A stretch of 64,000 nucleotides of DNA, taken from Planctomycetota bacterium (lineage in GTDB: Bacteria > Planctomycetota > UBA8742 > UBA2392). Positions 17,682 through 26,340 of this stretch are shown one piece after another (within the stretch, counting starts at the first letter, position 1; every line of letters starts with the position of its first letter). The notes beneath the pieces were generated by a model that saw nothing but the letters and a program-made list of their open reading frames with translations, was not told where the DNA came from and made no database searches. Both the position numbers and the translations under genes were made by a program. Location: assembly GCA_020638635.1 (NCBI GenBank), contig JACKIE010000002.1, positions 133,140 to 197,139 of the forward strand, written 5' to 3'.

Positions 17682-20600
17682 CTAGGCCTTGCGCAGGCGG
17701 AAGGCCAGCGCGGCCAGGCTCAGCAGGCCCAGCAGCATCATCCAGCTGTACGGCGTGTCGCCGCCAGTGGAGCACTTGCTGTCGTCGCCACCGCCGCCGC
17801 CGCTGCCGCTGCTCGGGGCGTTGATGGTGATCTGGAAGCTGGCGACCGCCGAGTCACTTACGTTGTCCACGGCGCGCACGTCGAAGCTGACCGTGCCCGC
17901 GGTGGTCGGGGTGCCGGTGATGTCACCGGTGGCGCTGAGGCTCAGGCCGGCCGGCAGGCTGGTGCCGTTGGCCAGGCTGTAGGTGTAGGGTCCGGTGCCG
18001 CCCGTGGCGGTGAGGGTGACCGTGGCGTAGACCGAGCCCACGGTGCCCGCGGCCAGCGGGCTGGTGTTGGTGAAGGTGATGGCGCCGGAGTTGCCCAGCA
18101 CCGTGATGCTGACGTTGACCGTGACGGTGTTGGTGCCGTCGTCGATGTCCATGCTGAACACCTGGACGCCGATGTCGGCCGCAACCAGCGTGGCGGTCGG
18201 TGCGACGCTCAGCACGCCGCCGGCCAGGCTGAAGGTGAAACCGCTTCCGCCGGTGGGGCCACTGCCCTGTGCGATGTTGCTCAGGGTAAGTGTCTGGCCG
18301 GTGTTGGCGTCGGTAACGCTGGCCAGGTTGATGCTGAGTGTGACCAGGTCGTTTTCTGCGAAGGTGGTCAAGTACGGAGTACCCACTGAGCCGTCGCCGC
18401 TGACACCCGTTGCAGCCGTGTGCTGCGGTGCAACGTCTACCACGATGATGCGGGCTGTGATGACCGTCGAGCTGGTGCCGTCGTTGATGTCGATGGCCCA
18501 GTCGTAGTTGCCCGGGGTGTTGCTGGCCGCCGCCGTGCCGGTCCAGGTCAGGCTGATGGGTCCCGCTGTCGGGGTCAAGATGTCCGCGGGTTCGGCTGTC
18601 AAACCGGTGAGTGCGGTGCCCGGGGCGGTGACGTCAACCGTCATGTTGTCCGGCGTGGCGTCAGTGACATCGAGGGTGTCCGCGATGGCTGCGCCCGGGT
18701 TCACGGTGAGGGTGAACAGGCCGCCGCCCGCGTCCACCCAGTTGGAGGTGCCGACACTTACGACCGGCGGAACATTGGCTACCACGTCGAGGGAAACCGT
18801 GATGGTCTGGTCGTTTGCCACGTTTCCGTCGGTTACGACCACGTCAAACACCTGGGTGCCGATGTCGGCCGCCACCAGGGTGCCGGCAGGCGCGACGGTG
18901 AGGGCGTTGGCCGCCAGCGAGAACTGGAAGCCGGTGCCGCCGGTCGGGCCGCTGGTCTGGCTGGGCGTGCCGGAGATGGTGACTGTCTGGCTGGTGTTGG
19001 CGTCGGTGACCGTTGCCAGGTCAACGCTGTTGGCGCCGGTGTTGCCCACCGCGAAGGTGTACGTGTACGGCGTGGCCACCGAGCCGTCGCCGCCGCTGGC
19101 GTTCAGAATCGTGTGCTGAGGCGGCACGTCCACGATGATGATCCGCGCGGTGATGCTGACGACGGTGGTCCCGTCGTCTATGTCGATCAGCCAGTCGTAG
19201 TTGCCCGGGGCGTTGCTGCCGTCAGCCGTGCCGGTCCAGGTCAAGCTGATGGGGCCGGCGGTCGGGGTGGTGATGTCCACGGGCTGGGCGGTCAGGCCGG
19301 TGAAGGTTGGGCTGGTGACCACGTCCACGGTCATGTTGTCGGGCGTGGGGTCGGTGACTTCCAGGGTGTCGGCGATGGCCGCGCCCGGGTTCAGTGTAAG
19401 GGTGAACAGGCCGCCGCCGGCGTCAACCCAGTTGGAGCCGGTCTGGTTGGCCACAACCGGTGGAACGTTGGAGACCGCGTTGCCCGAGACCGTGAAGTCA
19501 TACGGGTTTTCGTCCAGGTCGTCGTTGTCGATGCTGACGGTGAAGTCGTAAGCACCGGCCGCAGTCGGAACCACGTTGATGACGAATGTGGTGTTGCTGC
19601 CGCCGGCTACCGGGGTCGTGGGCAGGGTAGTCACAGTAACGGTGGAGACGTTGGTGCCGGCAGTGACGCTCACCAGCGGCGTGCCGGTGAGATTCAGGCT
19701 TTCGCCACCGTTGTTCTCGATGGTGTAGGTCAGGTTCGTGCCGGCGGTCAGGATCTGAACGGTGTCAGTACCGCCATCGGCAACCGGCGTCGCGCCGCGC
19801 AGAACGTCCATCTCGGCCGGGTAGCCGATCCAGACGTCGTCGAAAGCGAAGCCGTCCGCCTGGGTGTTGGTATCCGAGCCGAACACCACACGCAGGAACA
19901 CCGAAGCCTGGCCGGACAAACCGGTCAGCTGGTGCATCGCCGTTACCCAGCCCAGGCTGCCGGCCGCAGCGTCGCCGGTCCAGCCATCAAGCTGTCCGGA
20001 GCCCGCCTGCAGGCCGTCGATCGAGTTGAAATTGAACCAGTTGTTGGGGTCGCCGGATGCGCCGACATTCTGCCAGCTTGCGCCGTTGTCGATGGACGAC
20101 TGCAGAACCGCGCCGTCCCAGGTGTTTTCGGCGTCCCACCAGATGGCCATGCGAATCCACGGGTCGGAAGTCAGCGCCGACATGTTGAAGCGCGGGCTCA
20201 CGACAGCGCCGTCCTCATTGTCCAGATACGCGCCTGTCGCGTCGGTAGTCCAGGAGTTGGTGCCTGATGCCGCGGAGTTGATTACGGCGCCGGCCGGTGT
20301 GGCGAGTTCCCAGCTTGAGACGTTCCCGGAGACGGTCCAGTCGTCCGCGGTTGCAGCCGTCTCGAAGTCTTCAGTGTATGGGAAGGTTGAAACCGTCCCC
20401 TTGTGGCGGACGGTGATGCTTGAGGCGTCGTTGCCGGGGGTCGAGTCGCCGGCCAGGTTCGTCTGCGCGTCAATGACGTAGGTGGTTGAAGGCGTGGACA
20501 GGTTCGCCGTGGCGGTGAACACAAACGTAGCCTCGGAGAGATACAGCAGCGTGCCGGGGAAGTTCTCCACCACCGGGGTGCCGCTGTTCACCTGGAACTG

Positions 20601-22304
20601 AACCGGGAAGTTGGTCTGGGTCTGTCCGAAGTTGCGGATGGTTACGCTGACAGTTTCCGTGGCGGTCAGGCCCGCGCCGGTTGCCGGGGAGTTGATGGCA
20701 ACCACGCCGACATCGGCCGCGGGGCCGGTGAACTCCTGTACGGCAACCGTGTCAATCGCGATGTCGTGACTGAAGCTGCTGCCGATGTCGTCCACGCGGA
20801 ATACGAACGCGACGATGTTACCCAGGTGGGCGCTCAGGCCGACGGCGAAGTTCGTCCAGACGGTCAGTGTCGGGTCGGCGATGTGGCCGATCGGCGGCAG
20901 GATGTCCAACGTGGTGGTGGAGGTGGTGTAGTCAATGATGTCCACGTGAAGGAAGTTGTTGGTGGGGCCCACACCGTTGTTGTCGTTGGCATGCACCCAG
21001 AAGCTCAGCATCGGGGCGATCGCGCCCACCAGGCTGATGGGCGGCGTCATCATCACCACGTCGCCGGTGTTCGGCGTGTTGGAATCTTCCACGTACAGGT
21101 AGCGGCCGGTCGCGGTACCTGTGGACTGGTCCACGCTGGGTCCGGTACCTGCTGAAGACGTGCCGCCGATGTCGATGTACCAGTCGTTTGCGCCGTCTGT
21201 GGTAACGTTCTGCCAGGGAGCCGGCAGCGGAACCGGGTTGGTGATGTCCGTCGCCCAGGCGTCAAAATTCTCGAGGAACGGGAACGCGGCCGGAGTCTGT
21301 ATGTTGAACGTGACGGTCCGGTTGGTGACGTTGGAGCCGTCCGTAAGCGAGAAGTTGTAGGTGTAGGTTCCGCCGGCAGTGGGGGTTCCGGTGAACGTAA
21401 GCACGGTCGGGACCGTGACGCCGGTTTGACTGGAGGGCGCAGTCACACCAGGGGCGGGAGTCACCGGTGTAACCGTGATATCGATGGTGCCGCCCTGGGG
21501 GTCATTGGCTTCCAGTGTGGCGTTGGCCAGCGCCGATCCCTGAAGGCCCGCGTAGGTCAGACTACCGGAGAACGCGGATCCCGTCGCCGGGACCAGCGAG
21601 GGGAACGTGTTTGTCAGCTCCGTGTTCATGTTCGCGGCAATCTCGGCACCGGTTCGAGCAACGCTCCAAAGGCGGAACTCGTCCATGTCGCCCAGGAATG
21701 CCTGAGTGGTGGAAGCCTGGTTGTTTCCCGCGAAAAAGCCGCTGCCTGTCCCGGTGCCGGTCTGTGCAACGTTCTGCGCGGACTGGACGCCGTCCAGGTA
21801 GGCAGTCATGGTTCCGGCTCCGGCGTCGTAAACGAAGGCTACGTGGTGCCAGCTGCCGTCGTTGGCGTTGTTCAGGTTGATGTTGGTGAAACCGCCACCG
21901 CGCAGGGTGATGTTTGCTGCACCCGCCGCGCCGGCTGCGAAAATGCGGAAGTTGCCGGCTCCCGGATCGCCGCACAGATAACCGAAAGTCCCGCTCGTTC
22001 CGATCATCCAGAATTCGATGGTGAACGATCCGGTCGTGTTGTGGCTATAGCCGGTCGGGGCGACAGAGGCCGCAGCGCCGCGAGAGGCAGCACCGAGCGG
22101 CGGTGTTGCCGTGTTCCAGATCGGGGCCGGCGTAAAGGTTGCCGGATTTGCACCCTGGCCAGGGTTGGCGTCGTTGGCCACCGTCGAGCCCGTTCCCTCA
22201 TTGAACTTGTAGTAAAGAACGTCAGGGTACTGCGCGCGCAGGACCGCCGCGCCCATCACGGCTATCAGAAACAGTGGAAGCGCCCACTTAACCTTGCCCA
22301 ACAT
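17682..22304 (-). CDS. giant surface protein B (about 1540 aa): LamG, choice-of-anchor/MAM-like, PapD-like/Ig repeats (internally duplicated), He_PIG, Cys C-terminal signal
   Basis: Start trimmed to ATG 22304 (RBS GGGGAG; signal peptide MLGKVKWALPLFLIAVMGAAVLRAQ). LamG: GSFTIEFWM..WHHVAFVYD..DEFRLWS. Two copies of the PPVV..SNWVDAGGGLFTLT..PGNYDW module. Confidence 0.85.
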   Translation of the reverse strand: MLGKVKWALPLFLIAVMGAAVLRAQYPDVLYYKFNEGTGSTVANDANPGQGANPATFTPAPIWNTATPPLGAASRGAAASVAPTGYSHNTTGSFTIEFWMIGTSGTFGYLCGDPGAGNFRIFAAGAAGAANITLRGGGFTNINLNNANDGSWHHVAFVYDAGAGTMTAYLDGVQSAQNVAQTGTGTGSGFFAGNNQASTTQAFLGDMDEFRLWSVARTGAEIAANMNTELTNTFPSLVPATGSAFSGSLTYAGLQGSALANATLEANDPQGGTIDITVTPVTPAPGVTAPSSQTGVTVPTVLTFTGTPTAGGTYTYNFSLTDGSNVTNRTVTFNIQTPAAFPFLENFDAWATDITNPVPLPAPWQNVTTDGANDWYIDIGGTSSAGTGPSVDQSTGTATGRYLYVEDSNTPNTGDVVMMTPPISLVGAIAPMLSFWVHANDNNGVGPTNNFLHVDIIDYTTSTTTLDILPPIGHIADPTLTVWTNFAVGLSAHLGNIVAFVFRVDDIGSSFSHDIAIDTVAVQEFTGPAADVGVVAINSPATGAGLTATETVSVTIRNFGQTQTNFPVQFQVNSGTPVVENFPGTLLYLSEATFVFTATANLSTPSTTYVIDAQTNLAGDSTPGNDASSITVRHKGTVSTFPYTEDFETAATADDWTVSGNVSSWELATPAGAVINSAASGTNSWTTDATGAYLDNEDGAVVSPRFNMSALTSDPWIRMAIWWDAENTWDGAVLQSSIDNGASWQNVGASGDPNNWFNFNSIDGLQAGSGQLDGWTGDAAAGSLGWVTAMHQLTGLSGQASVFLRVVFGSDTNTQADGFAFDDVWIGYPAEMDVLRGATPVADGGTDTVQILTAGTNLTYTIENNGGESLNLTGTPLVSVTAGTNVSTVTVTTLPTTPVAGGSNTTFVINVVPTAAGAYDFTVSIDNDDLDENPYDFTVSGNAVSNVPPVVANQTGSNWVDAGGGLFTLTLNPGAAIADTLEVTDPTPDNMTVDVVTSPTFTGLTAQPVDITTPTAGPISLTWTGTADGSNAPGNYDWLIDIDDGTTVVSITARIIIVDVPPQHTILNASGGDGSVATPYTYTFAVGNTGANSVDLATVTDANTSQTVTISGTPSQTSGPTGGTGFQFSLAANALTVAPAGTLVAADIGTQVFDVVVTDGNVANDQTITVSLDVVANVPPVVSVGTSNWVDAGGGLFTLTVNPGAAIADTLDVTDATPDNMTVDVTAPGTALTGLTAEPADILTPTAGPISLTWTGTAAASNTPGNYDWAIDINDGTSSTVITARIIVVDVAPQHTAATGVSGDGSVGTPYLTTFAENDLVTLSINLASVTDANTGQTLTLSNIAQGSGPTGGSGFTFSLAGGVLSVAPTATLVAADIGVQVFSMDIDDGTNTVTVNVSITVLGNSGAITFTNTSPLAAGTVGSVYATVTLTATGGTGPYTYSLANGTSLPAGLSLSATGDITGTPTTAGTVSFDVRAVDNVSDSAVASFQITINAPSSGSGGGGGDDSKCSTGGDTPYSWMMLLGLLSLAALAFRLRKA

Positions 22305-22505
22305 CCGAATCTCCCCAGTTTTAGGCGCGGCCTGCCGGCCGCAAGCTAAGTCTTCGGTTCGTGGCACAATCGTGGAAGCCAGGCACGCGTGACGCACCTG
22401 CAAGGACCACCTTCAGAAGTCCCCACGAACTTGACGCGTAAGTCTGTCTCGGATTGATCCGGAGGCAAGCAAAAAGGATGCAAGAAGCACTAAGTGTTGT
22501 GGCAT
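22305..22505 (-). promoter_or_regulatory. conserved 5' leader/promoter region of gene B with stem-loop 22327-22342
   Basis: Collinear with the gene A leader. Hairpin GCGGCC-ggca-GGCCGC lies 22 nt upstream of the ATG. Confidence 0.45.
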
Positions 22506-22600
22506 AAGCCACTTCCACAGGCATGGAATTGTAGTTCGTCTCGGTTGGGGTACGCATCCGGTGGCGCAACCCACCCTGATGGAGCGTTTAGATAGAAAAA

Positions 22601-22624
22601 GGGGGAGGCGTGATCGCCTCCCCC
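22601..22624 (-). terminator. intrinsic terminator of surface-protein gene C
   Basis: Identical hairpin GGGGGAGGCG-tgat-CGCCTCCCCC, followed on the minus strand by TTTTTCTATC. Confidence 0.7.
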
Positions 22625-22647
22625 TTTGTGTTGCGATTGTGCTTCGA

Positions 22648-25600
22648 CTAGGCCTTGCGCAGGCGGAAGGCCAGCGCGGCCAGGCTCAGCAGGCCCAGCA
22701 GCAGCATCCAGCTGTACGGCGCGTTGCCGCCGGTGCTGCAACCGCCGTCGTCGCCACCGCCGCCGCCGCTGCCGCTGCTCGGGGCGTTGATGGTGATCTG
22801 GAAGCTGGCGACCGCCGAGTCATTGAGGCTGTCCACCGCGCGCACGTCGAAGCTGACCGTGCCCGCAGTGGTCGGGGTGCCGGTGATGTCACCGGTAGCG
22901 CTGAGGCTCAGGCCGGCCGGCAGGCTGGTGCCGTTGGCCAGGCTGTAGGTGTAGGGTCCGGTGCCGCCCGTGGCGGTGAGGGTGACCGTGGCGTAGACCG
23001 AGCCCACGGTGCCCGCGGCCAGCGGGCTGGTGTTGGTGAAGGTGATGGCGCCGGAGTTGCCCAGCACCGTGATGCTGACGTTGACCGTGACGGTGTTGGT
23101 ACCGTCATCGATGTCCATGCTGAAGACCTGGGTGCCGACGTCGTTCGCATTCAGCGTGGCCGACGGGGCGACCGACAGCACGCCGGTCAGCAGCGTGAAG
23201 GTGAAGCCGCTGCCGGTGGTCGGGCCGCTGGACTGCGCAACGTTTGTCAGGTTCAGCACCTGGCCGGTGTTGGCGTCGGTCACGTTCGCCAGGTTGGTGC
23301 TCTGCGTGGCCAGGTCATTCTCGGCGTACGTCGTTGCGTACGGGGTGCCCACGCTGCCGTCGCCGGAGATGCCGGTGGCGGCGGTGTGCTGCGGGGCCAC
23401 GTCCACCACGATGATGCGGGCAGTGATGCTGACCGTGCTGACACCGTCGCCGATGTCGATGGCCCAGTCGTAGTTGCCCGGAGTGTTGCTGCCGTTCGCG
23501 GTGCCGGTCCAGGTCAGGCTGATGGGTCCGGCGGTCGGCGTGGTGATGTCCACGGGCTGGGCCGTCAGTCCGGTGAAGCTGGGGCTGGTGACCACATCCA
23601 CGGTCATGTTGTCGGGGGTGGGGTCGGTGACTTCGAGGGTGTCCGCGATGGCTGCGCCCGGGTTCACGGTGAGCGTGAACAGGCCGCCACCCATGTCTAC
23701 CCAGTTTGAGCCGGTCTGGTTGGCCACGACAGGCGGCAGGTTGCTGATGGCGTTGCCGCTGACCGTGAAGTCGTACGGGTTTTCGTCACTGTCATCGTTG
23801 TCGATGCTGACCGTGAAGTCGTAGGCACCGGCCGCTGTCGGAACCACGTTGATGACGAAGGTGGTGCTGCCGCCGCCCGCCACCGGGCTGGTGGGCGGAG
23901 TGGTGACGGTGACCGTGCTGACGTTGGTGCCGGCCGTGACCACGACCAGCGGGGTGCCGGTCAGGTTCAAGTCAACGCCGCCAGTGTTTTCGATGGTGTA
24001 GGTCAGGTTGCTGCCGGTGGTCAGGATCTGCACGCCGGTATCCGTGCCGCCGTCGGCGACCGGAGTAGCGCCGCGCAGGACGTCCATCTCCGCAAGTTCA
24101 TAGAGCTGGATGTCGTCAAACACGTGGCCGTCTGTGGCAAACGGGAAGTTGTCATCGCCCTGGAAGCGGATGATGACCTGGTTGGTGTAGTTAAGCGTCG
24201 CCGCAACCAGAGCCGCGGACACGTCCACGACCACGTTCTGCAGGACTGTGGTGCCGTTCTGAAGCACGTACAGCTGCAAGGACCAGGTTGCTCCGCCGTC
24301 GAGGCTCAGGTACACGCCGTCCGGGGCCGTGTTTTCATCGCCGGTTTCCGCCCAGTTGAAGTCAAGAATCAGCGTGTCCGTGTTCGCGTTGTAGGCCGAC
24401 AGGTCGAATGCATAGTCAATCGCGCCGGCGGACTGTCCATTGGGGAAATCGATCCCGGCCTGGTTCGTGCCGCTGCTTGGCGTCACGCCGGAAGCGGCGA
24501 CAGCGCCGAACTGAATCTGCGACTGGATAGCGTAGGTCACTGTGGTGGGCGGAGTTCCGCCAGAGGGGAACGTGCCGTCAATTTGCGTACTGCGGTTGAA
24601 GATCGTGGTTGCCGGCTCGAAGTCATCCAGGAACGGCAGAGCGCTGAAGTAACCGCTCACGTTGTGGACAGAGCCGGTGGTCGGAGTGCCCGAAACCGGA
24701 CCCGGTGTTGCGACCACAGCGGTCACGTCACAGCCGAAAGTGTCGCCAGGCGTGGCCGTGCCGGCAAGGCTGAAGCTGATCAGGTAGTTCCCGACCGTCG
24801 GGTTGGTCACAACCGAAGTGAGGCCGGTGAACGAAGCAGTTCCGGAGGCAAACACCTGGGTTCCGCCGATCTGGGTATCGGTACCGGTTTCCAGCGTGCC
24901 GTTGGAGTTGGTGTCCTCCCACAGCTTGACTTCGGTGATCTGGCCATCTGGCAGAGTGCCGGTCTTGGCCACCTCTACACTGGTGATGGTCTGGGCGCCG
25001 GCCGCGGATGTCGCCGTGAAGCGGGCGACTACAGCATCGGTTGCAGGTGCGAAGATGGAAGCTGCGGTTGGGCTGTTGTCCGCTATAGCCAGGTCTGGAG
25101 ACGCCGCGTCACCGGCGATGGTGAAATCGTACGGATTCTCGTTCGGGTCGTTGTTGGCAAAGGTGATCGTGCACGACCAAGCGCCCGCCGCAGTAGGTGT
25201 CACGTCCACGACCAGGGTCGTGCTGTTGCCGGTGGTCACAGGCGAGGTGGGCTGGGTTGAAATGGTGGCCGTGCAGTTCACCAGTGTTCCGGGAGCCGCC
25301 ACAGGCGTGGTAATGGTGAGGTCCTGGAGGCCTCCATTGGAGATTGAATAAGTGACAGGCACCGTGATGCCGGTGACCAGAGTGCCGACGTTGTCCGTGC
25401 TGCCGTCGGCAACGTTGGTTGCACCGCGCGAAACTCCAATTTCAGAGTTGCCAGCGCCACCGCCCACGATAGCCAGCTGCCAGGACAACAGTACGCCAGT
25501 GTCGCCGGTAGCCGTGTCGGCAATGCCGAGGATCCAGGTCCCATTTGGTGAACCGGAGTTATACAGCGCGTCAAACGCCGCGGTTCCCTCCGGAATGTAG

Positions 25601-26043
25601 ACGGCTGCCGTGAACGGAGCCGCGCCGGCAGTAATGTTGACTGTGCCTGGTGTCACCGGGTCTGAGGCGGAGGATATCTGTGTGTAGACGAATGGTGCAA
25701 CAGCACCCGTACCAAAGTTGTTGGCCGATCCGCCATTGCCGCTGCAGAGGTCAATAACACCGGCCGGAGGCGTGCCCGCGTAACTCCCAGGGTCCGCTAC
25801 GCCGGGAGGAATCAACCATATGCTGAGGTCGGAATCCCAAGTGTGGTCGATGCGCAGGTCAACGCGCAATGACGTGACTGCACCGGTAACACCGGTTACG
25901 TTCATCGAATCAGACTGGCTGACGTTGTCGGCGATCGGAAGGTTTGGATTGCTGGTGAAGGTCTGCGCGCTCAGTGCCGTCGATACAATGGCTGTTACCG
26001 CCATTGTCGCCAGCAGCGCATGTAATGTCTTTGCTCGAAACAT
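22648..26043 (-). CDS. giant surface protein C (about 1131 aa): proprotein-convertase P-domain-like, PapD-like/Ig repeats, He_PIG, Cys C-terminal signal
   Basis: Start trimmed to ATG 26043 (RBS GGGAGA; signal peptide MFRAKTLHALLATMAVTAIVSTALSAQ). P-domain-like LRVDLRIDHTWDSDLSIWLIPPG..GTWILGIAD. The C-terminal 150 aa is nearly identical to gene B. Confidence 0.85.
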   Translation of the reverse strand: MFRAKTLHALLATMAVTAIVSTALSAQTFTSNPNLPIADNVSQSDSMNVTGVTGAVTSLRVDLRIDHTWDSDLSIWLIPPGVADPGSYAGTPPAGVIDLCSGNGGSANNFGTGAVAPFVYTQISSASDPVTPGTVNITAGAAPFTAAVYIPEGTAAFDALYNSGSPNGTWILGIADTATGDTGVLLSWQLAIVGGGAGNSEIGVSRGATNVADGSTDNVGTLVTGITVPVTYSISNGGLQDLTITTPVAAPGTLVNCTATISTQPTSPVTTGNSTTLVVDVTPTAAGAWSCTITFANNDPNENPYDFTIAGDAASPDLAIADNSPTAASIFAPATDAVVARFTATSAAGAQTITSVEVAKTGTLPDGQITEVKLWEDTNSNGTLETGTDTQIGGTQVFASGTASFTGLTSVVTNPTVGNYLISFSLAGTATPGDTFGCDVTAVVATPGPVSGTPTTGSVHNVSGYFSALPFLDDFEPATTIFNRSTQIDGTFPSGGTPPTTVTYAIQSQIQFGAVAASGVTPSSGTNQAGIDFPNGQSAGAIDYAFDLSAYNANTDTLILDFNWAETGDENTAPDGVYLSLDGGATWSLQLYVLQNGTTVLQNVVVDVSAALVAATLNYTNQVIIRFQGDDNFPFATDGHVFDDIQLYELAEMDVLRGATPVADGGTDTGVQILTTGSNLTYTIENTGGVDLNLTGTPLVVVTAGTNVSTVTVTTPPTSPVAGGGSTTFVINVVPTAAGAYDFTVSIDNDDSDENPYDFTVSGNAISNLPPVVANQTGSNWVDMGGGLFTLTVNPGAAIADTLEVTDPTPDNMTVDVVTSPSFTGLTAQPVDITTPTAGPISLTWTGTANGSNTPGNYDWAIDIGDGVSTVSITARIIVVDVAPQHTAATGISGDGSVGTPYATTYAENDLATQSTNLANVTDANTGQVLNLTNVAQSSGPTTGSGFTFTLLTGVLSVAPSATLNANDVGTQVFSMDIDDGTNTVTVNVSITVLGNSGAITFTNTSPLAAGTVGSVYATVTLTATGGTGPYTYSLANGTSLPAGLSLSATGDITGTPTTAGTVSFDVRAVDSLNDSAVASFQITINAPSSGSGGGGGDDGGCSTGGNAPYSWMLLLGLLSLAALAFRLRKA

Positions 26044-26340
26044 CGGTTCTCCCACGTAGACACGCGACCAGCTGGTCGCAAGCGAACTCAGAATTTGCCG
26101 AAAATGCGTGGGGGCGGCGTACAACGCTCGCACGAGTGAGGCCCCACGACCTCCGGAACTGTATTAGCGTGGGCAATCTGTCATGTTTGAAACCTAAAGC
26201 AAGGCTGAACTCGGAAAAGTCATTACATCGTGGGTGGTTTTACTCGCATCGATCAATCACCACTAGGAGTAGTATGCAGCGCGATGGCGCGGCGGCTCAC
26301 AAGTTGACGGTGGAGGCGCAGATCGGACGTGCCAGCCGCC

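Noticed and set aside
14832-20267. Several long plus-strand ORFs (495 aa at 14832, 615 aa at 18420, and others) opposite surface-protein genes A and B
   Set aside because: They have Gly/Arg/Val/Asp-rich shadow-ORF composition. The minus strand encodes signal peptides, Ig-like repeats and the conserved C-terminal signal.
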